Positions 26,427 to 38,956 of a stretch of DNA of 61,909 nucleotides are shown here, one piece after another. The position numbers and the translations under genes were made by a program. The notes beneath the pieces are model-generated. The model was not told the DNA's origin and did not search any database. It saw nothing but the letters and a program-made list of their open reading frames with translations. Source of the DNA: Conidiobolus incongruus B7586 (Eukaryota); assembly GCA_000697335.1 (NCBI GenBank), contig JNEM01007302.1, positions 1 to 61,909 on the forward strand, written 5' to 3'. Position 1 is the first letter of the stretch. Every line of letters starts with the position of its first letter.

Positions 26427-29237
26427 TTCTCTAATATTTTATTTTTATTTATTTTGAATTTAAACAATTTTATCTGAAATTTGACTCACTTTTATATTGA
26501 ATATATAATGATATATAAAATAATGCGGATATGATTTCTCCCTATATCGGAATTAGAAAATAATCTAAAGTATCAGATTTTCGCTGAATTATAGCAAATA
26601 TTTCACTTCCAATGTATCATTACTAGTTGGTGAAATAAAAAATCTGTTGAAATTATTTATCCACCATATTATTGAAATTAATATTTCCTTGATTTTTTAA
26701 TTAATATTAAAATTTGAAGAATGTAATTAAAATTTTGTATACACGCTTATACAATATTTTAATTGATTTTTCCTTCAAAACTCTTCCTCATCCCTCAACT
26801 ATTGAATCAAGAGAGTAAAATCATAAGCATCATATAAAAATCATACAATGAGCTTCATTAGAATATTTTAATATATATTATATTTAGAAAATAAGTTGAA
26901 AATGATTATCCATCTATCATATTTATGAACTTAATTATACTAAATTTCACATCAATTGGATAAATGTATAAAATTTAAGCAAGTTTTAATGTAATAAAAT
27001 AAAACCATAACTTCGACCAATAACTTGATGAAAAAACTAGTATTTCTTAACACTAATGATTAATTTAAGTAATTTACAGAATAGTATATGAACTAAAATC
27101 CATATCATCTCATGGTCTAAACTTTTTCCTAAAAATTTTCACCTAAATTAATCAAAAATTATATGATTTTAGTATAATTAAACGAAGATTAATTATATTA
27201 TTACACCTTCAAAGAGATAAATTTTCAATAAAGCTTAATTATTAGTTTTCTATTATTAAAATATTTTTAAACTTTAAACTATTATATTTTTGGAAATTTG
27301 AATTTTGATATTATATAGGAATTCAGGTTTGATGTATATATAGTTGAAATATTCTAAATGCATTTTTCATTCAATAGACAAATACATTAAACCCTCCATC
27401 TGTTTAATACTGATTATCCAATTGACAATGTCTGAAAATTTCAATTCTTCGATAATCAATGATGCTTTTTTACTTTTAATGAACTATAAACGGTGAATAC
27501 CCTTGATTGTATTTATCAAATACTCGCTGCTGAATGGATAAGACAAGTTCTGTTCATCATTTGAATAGATTTTTAAACTCAATTCAGTAATTATCAAGAG
27601 GAAATGTATAAATAGCCATTATAAATTATTCACATGATGGAGATTTTTTAGATATTAATAATTTATATGGATCATATAATATTTATTCAGTATAAAATTT
27701 CAATAATGTTTATTTAACCAAATCTTGATATATATTTTTATTTTGTATGCAACCAAATATTGAATTTATACATTCGAAACATATTAATATATTCTAATAA
27801 ATATACAAGTTGATCTTTTCAACCTCGTTATCAGACTATAGCAAAATTGATCATTTTTTGAGATATTTCAATGGATAATAATCAAAAACTAAATGTTTAA
27901 CAGATTTTCAATATAAAATACTGTCAAGGTATATATAATTTTTTATAATGATTACAGTTTTTATAGCATACATCAATGGATTTTAATAAACCAGTTGAGA
28001 GTATATTCAAATCCACTTTCGTGTGCAAAAATAAGCTCATATCAAAATATAAAAATTGAACTCGCATTCGTTAACTATTTACAGCTTGATCAAGTGATAC
28101 TTTATCGATAGCTAAAATCAAGTCTACAACTAGTATTTCACAAAATTGTTGAATTCCTAGTATTACTTTGGTAGTTAATTCTTGCAATGAGTTTATTCAC
28201 TTACACAAATATTGAGAAAAGAAAGTCCTTTTAAATTTATCAAATTTATAAAATTCGTTGAAGGTATTAAATTGATAACTTTGATTATGTATACTATAGA
28301 TTATATATCAAATATATAGACATAAATTTACAATATTTATAACTTATTATTAACCAATATGTCTTATTGCTGAAAAAATTAAGTATTTGTAGACTAATAA
28401 TGGTTTGATTAATTCATTATTATTTTCCATGTTAATGATTATCTTTCGTTCATTAATTATTTAGGTCAATCTTGATAAAGTGGAAAAAATTACTAACTAT
28501 AGATTTTACTAAAAACTGAATAATATATTTGATTGGATTACAACAAGTATTGTGAATAAGGTTTAAGCAGAGTTAATATTGCAAGATTTAATTTCCAAAT
28601 TATTTGGTCATTTAATCTTCCACTTTTGAAAAACCGCACACTTTCAAAGTTCGAGTATAACTATTGGGAATTTTCAGTAAATTTGTTATTACTTTGGATG
28701 ATAATGTATAGTCAAATTAAACTTACAAGCACTCTTCTATTATAACAATGATAAAATTTGAAAGATTTATAAATTGGGAACCTGGAGAAATAAAAATTAA
28801 AAACTCCAATTACACTGGTATTCAAATTTTGAACATGAGTATTATTCAATAAAAATCTTACACATCCATAATATGAATTCTTTCTCAATTCAATCTCTGG
28901 TTTTTAGAAAAATAACAGTATTAATATTTTACACTAATATTATCTAGTTTTGATCATTTTTATTACCATATTATAATCCGTTAAAAATTTGTGATTTTAA
29001 ATCTTAAATATTTAAATTAGTATTATTAAATTAATAATTTTCAATAATTATATCAAGTTTATCTACATGAATAATTAATTAATATTTGACAAACATTATT
29101 TATATCAACCTGATATTCAAATATGAAAAAATTCAAAGTCACTATTTTGTTATTTTTAGTATATATTATTGAAATCAATTGATGTACTATTCATAAATAA
29201 ATATTCAATGACAATTTGTTTCTTATTCCGATATTGA

Positions 29238-31390
29238 TTATATTTTAATACTATAAAATCCTTCAATAAGAGATTAATAATACTTTTTTGATTTGGAAAG
29301 ACATAACTTGAAAAAAATTTATAATTAATTTGGGGATTAGATATATAATCTTTAGAATATTGATCTTAGTGTTAGCAGACCATAATGAATTTAAAATAGC
29401 TTAGGGTCCAAATATAGGCTGAATTGGATTAGAAATCTAATATAATTGATAATGAATATATAAATCAAAATATACTATCACATATATAAGATTAATAACT
29501 TAATATAGAACCTTGATACATATTATCAAGATATTTTTATAATTTGAATTTAATTTCGTCATTGTTACAATCCTCATTTTTGTAAATTGATACTTTGTCA
29601 TTTAAAAAGAATGCAATTTGCGAAAAGTTCAAGATCTGATAGAGTAATAACTACTGGTGAGCTTTGAGCAGTTAATTCCATGAAAAATGCCAATTGAACA
29701 ATTGGGTGTTCCATTAATACAACATCTACTCTTTCTGATAAGACAATTTCACCTTGGCTTAAATTTAACCTGAACTTGCAATTGGTAATTCAGATTAAGC
29801 ATTATTTGTTGATGTAATCAATATTTCCTGTTTAAAGAATTCATCAGAGTTGAAGGGTTCTTCAGTGCTATTCAATTGTTTGCAATATCCTGAGAATAGC
29901 ATTTTGCCCTTCACAAGAAATTCATTTTTTAGGTAAGGCTTGTCAGTGATCAAATAACTCATTTCTGTGATACTCACCAATTTACATTCATTTTGGGTAA
30001 TCGAGAACCAATATGGTTGGCTTTACAATTCTTAAAGGGGGATAAATTGATTCCCGAAGTAGATTTGGTAGAGCCGTAGCCTTCAACAACATCACAAGAG
30101 AATACTAATCTGAGGAAGTGGATTACGTGGCCCTGTAAAGGTGTACTTTTAGAAAAGATATAGCGGACCCTACTTCCTAAGATTTGGCGAACTTTACTAA
30201 ATACCAGTCAATCTCAAACTGGATGAGTATATTCATCGGTGTTCACAAACCTGTAGCTTTTCTCGCATCCCAATTTTGAATAGAGTGCTAGCGAGTCTGG
30301 TGTGATAGTCTTTCTTTGCTTTAATACTGTCGCAGATTATATTCAAGAGCCTTCGAGCAGTTAAAGATGCTGCGAGTTTCAAGCTGAATATCTTCGATTA
30401 ATTCTGTAATATCAAATGTATATAATCCCAAACGGCCCTTAAAATTGATGACGCTGTATTGGCATGTTCGTTCGTAGCAGTAGGATAGTGGTGTATAGAA
30501 TATATGTCCATTGTCACAGTAGTATAAAGACTTTATGACTTCGAAATGGATGTAAATAATTAAAATTAATTTGTAATGATTAAGTATTGCGCCTTTGGAA
30601 ATTCCAGTAGTATCCGAAGTATAACAAATTGTTACTATGTCCTCAGTTTTAGGTAGATGGTGAAGATAACTATGTTGTGCACCTAATGCAATCAATTGAT
30701 CAGAGTCTAGTAGTTGAAATTTTCCTTGAGTTTCATTCCATTTTGTTAGGACTGTAGTAGCATTGATAGATAGATTCGATTCTTTGAGAGTGTCTAAACA
30801 AATAATAACCTTGAGATATTCCAATCTGTCAGCGATCGATATAAGTAATGGAATCTTATCTATTGAAGTAGCAATAACTGGAGATTCACAATGATTTAGT
30901 ATATAAACCACACTTTCAGGACCAAAAGTATCGTACAATCCAACAGTAGGTAACCTGTGATAACTACAGGCTAAATCTAACATCCACCACTCTGGACGAT
31001 TTGGAGCAAATATGGATACTGTCGTGAAGTTTTTAAGTAGCTTATTATTTGATAATGTATGATATAGTCCAGAAGCTAACTTCATTATTTGATTGTGAAC
31101 TTCTTTATAAGTTTTAAATTGAAAATCACCTAATTCTCCTGTGGTAGGATCTCGTTTTCTCCTTCCTAAGTAAGGGCTATCAGGACTTTCGTTGACAGCT
31201 AATTAATCCAACTCTTTAATACCAAATTACTTAAAAATGATCAAGTCTTTACCTTTTTCAAACAATTCGGGTCCCGTTTTAGGAAAATCTTTAATTAAGC
31301 ATGTCCTCATCCAAATAACCTACATCGTTGTGAATTCCAGTTTGGTTAGGATAGTTAAGCGTTGTCACTTGAATAAATTTTGATCCCTTA
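29238..31390 (-). pseudogene. ACSL pseudogene, copy 7, mosaic of copy-6-like and copy-8-like sequence
   Basis: 30652-31291 is ~99% identical to copy 6, including intron 1. P-loop mutated (YTSDTTGISKG). 3' half is frameshifted and decayed. The 5' part of exon 1 and exon 4 (LIEGFYSIKI*) resemble copy 8. No start codon. Confidence 0.92.
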
Positions 31391-31950
31391 TTATTTTATT
31401 TTCAGTTTGATTGCAATTTATATAAAAGAACTGATATTAAATTGATTTTTTAACCTCATATCTTATATGGTAAATGTCAGCCTTGAAAATTTATTTTTTA
31501 ATATATTTGTATTATAGTGGTTAATAAGATAATGATATTAGAAAAAAGTATTATACTAATTAGAATTTGTTGGGATTCAATAGCTTGTAGAAAATAGGAT
31601 TTTTGTATTCAATTTCAAATGATTGGGTTAAGATTATTTTTATATTTGAAAATGATCAATGATATACGTATCAATGATTTGAAATTTTATAACTGGATCA
31701 TTATATTAAATTATTGCTTTGAATGAAATTATGATTTTCACTAATTATTCATATATCAAAACTATTTATTTCTTTATCATATTTTGCAAGTAAAACTTAT
31801 ATATAAAGGATCATAAATTATTAAATAATATTGAATTGGAGTTTTTTTGACTATTAAAAGCTTGGAGTATTATATTGGATTCTATAGTGGTAGTAAAGGA
31901 ATAATTATATATTAAATCACAAAATTTATTACAGATTATTCTAAAGGTGA

Positions 31951-34122
31951 TTAAACTTTAGTATTATATAATCCCTCAATAATAGATTGGTAATGTTCCT
32001 TTAATTTGGGACGACATAATTTAGATCTAAAATATGATTAATATTATTTAATAGATATATTATTTTCTTAAGGCTTACGTTGGAGTTAATAATCCATCAT
32101 CAATTGAAAATGGCTGAGGGTCTAAATGGAGGTTGGATGGAATTTCAAATCTATATTAATAAAATATGAATATATTTATGTTGGGAAAAATGTAAATAAT
32201 ATATGATTACCTAGCTATCTTCGATTCTTGACACATCTTCTGAAGTTCATTTAATAACTTGGATTTAATTTGATCGCTATTACAAGCTTCTTTAATCGTT
32301 GTAAAATGATAATCTTGTATATTAGATTGAATCCAATTTGGAAAAGTTTCAGGGGCTGGTACGATTATGACTACTGGTGAGTTTTGAGTAGTTAATCCCG
32401 TGACAAATGCCAATTGAACAGCTGGATGCTGCGTGAGTACAGCTTCTACACGTTCTGGGGTGACAAATTCACCTTGACTCAATTTGAAGAAGCTGGATTT
32501 GCGATCAATAATGCTGATTAAGCCCTCTTCGTTGATGTAGCCTATATCCCCAGTCTTTAAAAATCCTTCAGAGTCAAAGGATTCTTCAGTCTTATCTGGT
32601 TGTTTGTAATATCCTGAGAATAGCATTTTGCCTCTTACAAGGATTTCGCCTCTTGGGTAAGGTTTGTCATTGACAAAGTAGTTCATCTCGGGAACACTAA
32701 CCAATTTCACTTCCGTATTGGGTAATGGAGCACCAACATGATTGGCTCTATAATCCTTAAAGGGGGATAAACTGATTCCTGAAGCAGTTTCGGTAGCGCC
32801 GTAGCCTTCAACAACATCGCAAGAGAATACTAATCTGAGGAAGTGGATCACGTGGCCCTGTAAAGGTGCACTTCCGGAAAGGATATAACGAACTCTTCCT
32901 CCTAAAATATTACGTACCTTACTAAATACTAGTCGATCCCAAACTGGATGAGCGAATTCACCCGTGCCCTTGTAGGCCTTGAGTTTGGAATGCAGTGCAA
33001 CTTTAAATAGAGCACTCACTATCCCCTTATTATAATCAATCTTTGCCTTGATACCATCATAAATTCGATTTAATAGCCTTGGTACTGTTGGGAATGCGGT
33101 TGGTTTCAATATTTGAATATCTTCCAATAATCTGGTAATATCTCCCGAATAGAATCCAACTCGTGCCTTAAGAAGAATTACATTATATTGACAGGTACGT
33201 TCGTAACAGTGAGATAATGGCATGTACGATATTGCTACATTGTCCCCGTAGAAAAAATGCTTGAAAAGCTTGCAGCTCGTGAATGTAGTGAGAAGTAAGC
33301 TATAGTGACTAAGCAGGGCACCTTTTGGAGTTCCAGTAGTACCTGAAGTGTAACAAATCGTTGCTATGTCCTCAGGCTTGGGTAAATGATGGGGATAATT
33401 GTGTTCTTCACCCAATGCAATCACTTGGTCAAAGTCCAACAAATGAAATTTCCCTTGAGATTGATTCCATTTGATTACAACTGATGCCAAGTCATCCGGT
33501 CTTTTCGTTTCTTTTAGAGAATCCAAACAAATAATTACCTTGAGATGCTCTAACTTATCAGCAATCTGTAAAATTACAGGAATTTTTTCCAATGATGCCG
33601 CAATAATAGGTGATTCACAGTGATTTAAGATATATATGACACTGTCTGGTCCAAACGTATCATAGAGACCGACTGTAGGTAATGTGTGATAGCTGCAAGC
33701 CAAATCTAGCATCCACCACTCGGGACGATTAGGAGAAAAGATTGAAATTGGTGTGAATTGTTTGAGGAATAAATGATTACTATCTAGTATGTGATAGACA
33801 CCTGACGCTAGTTTCATGACTTGATTATGTACTTCCTTATATGTTTCAAATTTATAATTTCCCAAAGCTCCAGTATTAGGGTTCCTTTCGCGTTTACCTA
33901 AGTATAGTTCGTTGGGACATTCACTTACAGCTAAAAAGTTCAATTTGTTAATGTGGAATAAATGTTTGATGTATATCAGTTACTTTTCTCAAATAACTCA
34001 GGTCCTGTTTTAGGATGGTCGTCAGGAATCACCTCAATCCCCTCTAAATACCCCATACGACGAAATAATCCCGTCTCTTCAGGGTTTGTACTATCTGTGA
34101 CTCGCTTTGCATAAATTGCCAT
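31951..34122 (-). CDS. Long-chain fatty acyl-CoA synthetase, copy 8, intact, ~668 aa
   Basis: Exons 34122-33984, 33930-32211, 32150-32079, 32026-31951. All ANL motifs present. Ends in LYNTKV*. Confidence 0.95.
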
Positions 34123-35534
34123 TTTTTATTTTATTGATATTCAACCAACTCTTATCCTTTATTTTTCTATTTAATTGAATAAAATAATAATTGAATGGAT
34201 TTGAATTGAGTTATATACTCATTTATAATCATGCAATTTATGGTAAATCCATTTGAAACAAATTACTAATTTGGTATCGATTGATAACTGACGTAAACAA
34301 AATGAAATATATCACTTTATTAATTCGAAATATGTAAATTCATTGAATCAAAGTTTAATCTTGTTTACTCCTTAATTTTTTGATAATAAGACCATTTTTT
34401 ATATAGAAATCTCTTAAATTATGTTATTATAAATTCTTTTTAAATACTCTATTAACTTTACTATTTATTGAGTGTTGAAAGGTTGAAATATGTGGTAAAT
34501 CTTAATTGCATTGCAGATGATTGATACTAAGTAAAACGCTATATCCAATAATTATGTAAATATATCTGAAGCTTTAACCTAAGTATTATTAAAGAGGATA
34601 ATTTATATGATTTTTTTAATAATCATTTTAGTCTTTTGATTCATTATAAAAAGGGATTTTCCATATTCTAATGATTTCATAGAATTTTCACATGATAATT
34701 TAAGATTTTCAATTCAAACTTAAACTAATGGGGTCTATTACCAGATTACATTAAAATTTGTATTTATTTTTAATATATCCAATGACTCCTTATTTCCTCC
34801 AAATGAACCGCCAAAATCATTTTTTAAATACATATATTCAAATAAATAAACCAAAACGTTTTTAATATTTTTCAATCCTTCCCTTTGTAATATTTTGACT
34901 GAATTTTTAAATATAACTAATTAATATGTATACTTAAGTCGAATTTCAGGTAAAAATATGGTCACCTAAAATATCATTAAATATTATATATGGTATAAAT
35001 TCTAAGGATAATGAATGAATATAATATCAAAATATTATATTATGAAGTATTATATAATAACTACCTCTAAGACATATATAATTTATATTTTGAATAACTT
35101 TTGTTACAACTATATATACTTGGCTATTGTATATTTTCCTCAAAGGTGAAAAATATACATTTCGGAAATACTCAAATTATTGAAATAGGTTTGAATATAT
35201 AAATGAAATTAAGTTAGATGATTGAAGATTGAATTAAGACTTTACAAATTTACATGATTTTAATAGATCATTTTCAGTTAATCGTGATAATATACGCTAT
35301 GACAATGATAGTAGGATGACTTCAAATAGAAAAATCTAAATATAATATGATGTAATAAGGGTAATTTTGATTAGTTAAATATAATTGACCTAATAATTAG
35401 CAATATTACAAAAAACTAACAAATATACAAATGTTTTTATATGCCTTATTCTCAATTATAATTGATAATGAATTTCATTCAAAAACTAATCAAATATATT
35501 ATGATTGATAATTTTAAGTCTGTTATTCAATTAA

Positions 35535-38500
35535 TTATTTTGGGGAGTTTGATTTGGCATTACAATTTAATAATTGATAGTGTTGGTTTAGCTTGGGACG
35601 ACAAATTTAGGTCTATATATTTTTAACAGTTAAATCAATTATAGTGATATCACAGAGGTTATCATACTTTGGTGCGCAAAATAGCTCGTCATTAATTGAA
35701 AATAGTACGGATTGTGAATAAATATTAGTGAAGTTTCTAATATACTTCAAAAAAATACTAGTTTATTTGAGTTATTTTGTTTTAAAAAATTTTTATTTGG
35801 CAATTTTACATTTTTGACAAAATTTTGAATTTCATTAATTGATTCATTGTTGTATATTTTATTCATTGATTTATATGAATAATGCTTAAAATTAATTTCA
35901 ACCCAATTCTTCAAAATATTTGGATTGCGAATAATAGCAACTGGAGAGTTTTGATTACTCACTCATGAACAAAAGCCATTTGAAAATAACATTTGGAGAG
36001 TACAGCTTCGTCTCTTCCTGATGTAATAAACTTCCTTTGACTCAATTTAAAGAAGCTTGGCTGATGACGAACAACAGGAATCAATCTTCCTTCATTAATG
36101 TATCTGATATCTCCGGTCTTCGAAAATCCCTTTTCATCATATGATTCTGCTTACTTTTCGGGCACTCTGAAATATCTTTTGAAAAACTGCTTGCCTCTAA
36201 CGAGAATATCACCCACTGGTATAAGGCTTATCAGTGATAAAATAATTCATTCTAGGCACACTAACCAATTTCACCTCGGAATAAGCCATTTGAGCACCTA
36301 CATGATTCGCACTATAGCCTCTTACAGGTGCGAAGCTAAATCTGGAAGCCGTTTCAGTCATATCATATCCTTCTAATACAACACAAAAAATGCTAATCTT
36401 TCGAATTGAACTATCTAGCTTTAGAGTGGTCCACCATCTGTGATATTGACCTGCAATTCCCTCTTAACAAATTTCTTACATGTTAAATACTAATTTGTCC
36501 GATAATGGATAAGTCAGCTCTCTTGTAATATTGTATTCTTGGAGTTTTTTGCATTCCGAGTTCAAATAGAGTTCTACCAAGTCCTTTTTGAACTCAAATT
36601 TTGTTTTGATACTATCACCTATTTGATTTGATATTGTTGGGACTATTAAAAATGCAGAAAGTTTTAATAACTCTATGACCTCTAATAATTTTTATACACG
36701 ATTTGAAAAAGTTCCGCTTGCTTCTTGAAGATGAAACATTTATATTAACCTGCTTATTCAAAATAATGAAAAAGTTGCAAATAATAAATATTGACACTAT
36801 CCTGATTGTAGAAATATTTAAAATAGTGATGAAAGATATAAATGATTTGAATGAAGTTATAATGCCTGAGAATTGTTCTCTTAGCAGCTTCAGTGATGCC
36901 AGAGGTGTAGAATATTGTTGCAGAATCATTAAGTCAAAGTAAAGAATGGGAGTATATATACCCAGCTCTCAGTGTAATGCGTTGAGCAAAATCCATTAAC
37001 TTAAATTTTTCTTGAGTTTTATTCAATTTGTTTAATTGTTACAACATCAATTGGTGGATTTGATTTTATAAGTGAATCTAAACAATCACTTTAAGATACT
37101 CCAACCTGTCAGCAATAGACAAGATCAACAAAACTTTATCAATTGAGGTAGCAATCACTGGTGACCTGCTATAGTTTAAAATATATTTCAAACTCGCAGA
37201 ATCATATGTATTATAAAAACCAACTATAAACAATATATGATAGCAATAAGCTATTACTCTATAATTTAAATAATGGGAATTTTTTGTGATTGAAAATAAA
37301 TAAATATTTTAATATATAATATATAAAAATAAATATATAATATTAATTTAATAGTTTCTTTTATTATTAATAACTTTTTGCTATACTTTTAGCAAAGATC
37401 TAACACTTAAAAAATAATTCTTTTTATTAAAGATTAAAATTTGATGATTTATAAACTAATTAAATTTTCTTATAGAAATTTTCTTTTTTGAACACTAGTT
37501 TTTTAATTACTTAAAGGAATTATAATTATATAAGTTATAGTTTAAAAAATATTAGATATGATAGTTTTTTCTAGTTATTTTTAATTAGAAAGTTTTTTAT
37601 AACTTTAAATTTATATATTATATAATTATCATTTAAAATATTAGGTTTTCTTAAATTATCTTAAAAATATTAATTAAAAATACATTTATTTGAAAAAATA
37701 ATATAAAACCTATTATTAATTAATTTCCTTTTTAAAACTAAATAAAAATAACATATATTATTATAATTTATTATAACAATTAACATTTATTTATTAATTA
37801 AATATTTATTTAAAAAAGTTTATAAAATAAGTTAATTTAATTTCATTTAACATTTTAATTTGTTTTTTAATAAAAGATTATATATAAAGATTTAAAATTC
37901 ATTTATTTTAATTATTTGCTATAAAAAATTAAGTTTTTAATAATATTTTAATAAGTTTTATTAAATAATAGCTATTTTAACTTTGTTTCAAATTATAGTT
38001 AAATTATAAGGTATTTATTTTATATTTTTATTTATTAATTTGAGTTTAAACTTTAATATATATAAAATACTTATAAATTTAATATGATTATATTTTAATA
38101 ATTTTTTAATTAAAATTAAAAGGTATTTTTTAATATATTTTTATATTTTATTAATAATTATAAAAGTAATAGTTAAAGTTAGTTTATTACACTTTATTAG
38201 ATTTTAGATAATTTTTTTAATTTTAAAATAATTTATTTAGATAATATTTTATTATTAAAAAATATTTGAATATTTTAAATAATTTTAAAGGATTTATGGT
38301 TAAATTTTATTAATATTAAAATAAAAAACTTTTGATGATTATTATTTAAGTTTAATTAAATTAAATAATTAATTTTTAATCAAAGAAATTATAATATATA
38401 TATATATATATATAATTTAAAAAGATCTAATTTCTCATTTATTTTATATATATTTATTTATTTAAAATTAATATTATTTTCAAAAAAACAGAAATTAAAA

Positions 38501-38956
38501 AATTTCTTATTATTTCAAATTTAAGATAATAAATCAAAAATCCACCATTATAAATAATTTGCAAAAGATATTAATATCACAATGATAAAATCAAAAAATA
38601 GATGTTTACTATTTTATATATGATATATACCTGATATTATTTCTAATATCTATTTATGAATTTTTTTATATTCCCTTAACTAAAAATTTCTTATATTTTT
38701 TGTGTCTAGGTCCTATATATATTTTCCTGAATAAGGATAATTTAGCCTTTTATTGATAATCAACTCATAGTTAAACCTGATAAATATTAAATCAATAAAA
38801 ATAAAATACCTTATTTAAATAACTCAGTATTTGTATTAAGATATATATATATATATAAGTAAGTTTTATAATATCACCCAAATTTTAAATATTTTTAAAA
38901 ATTCTGGTTTCAATAGTATTAGTTAAATTGGTAACTTATTTTACTAATATAGTTAT
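35535..38956 (-). pseudogene. ACSL pseudogene, copy 9, heavily decayed and split by a mariner insertion
   Basis: Exon 1 remnant ata act ata tta gta aaa taa gtt acc (MTIFAKQVT-like) from 38956. SGIYHI..WWIFDL ends at 38530 and resumes as AYCYH..VG..YILN..SPVIATSIDK at 37251. GDILVRGKQ, FFKLSQ and CRPKL remnants run down to ~35535. Confidence 0.9.
37254..38529 (-). mobile_element. Full-length (1276 bp) hypermutated mariner (DD34D) inserted at a TA in ACSL copy 9
   Basis: TA duplicated at 37252-37253 and 38530-38531. Imperfect ~32-bp TIRs (ttactctataatttaaataatgggaattttt / ttatcttaaatttgaaataataagaaattttt). Decayed DN..W..L.YS.D.N..DY transposase motif. Collinear with 61127-61909. Confidence 0.9.

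Noticed and set aside
37252..37260. Repeat start 'tattac' as a mutated LTR end (TG..CA)
   Set aside because: TA duplication, TIRs and DD34D motifs identify a mariner.
38531..38560. Apparent right TIR of the mariner (aaatcaaaaatccaccattat)
   Set aside because: It is ACSL coding sequence (WWIFDL on the minus strand). The real TIR ends at 38529.
2928..38956. NRPS or secondary-metabolite cluster of adenylation domains
   Set aside because: Each unit is a standalone ACSL-type gene with its own start and stop. No carrier-protein, condensation or PKS domains were seen.
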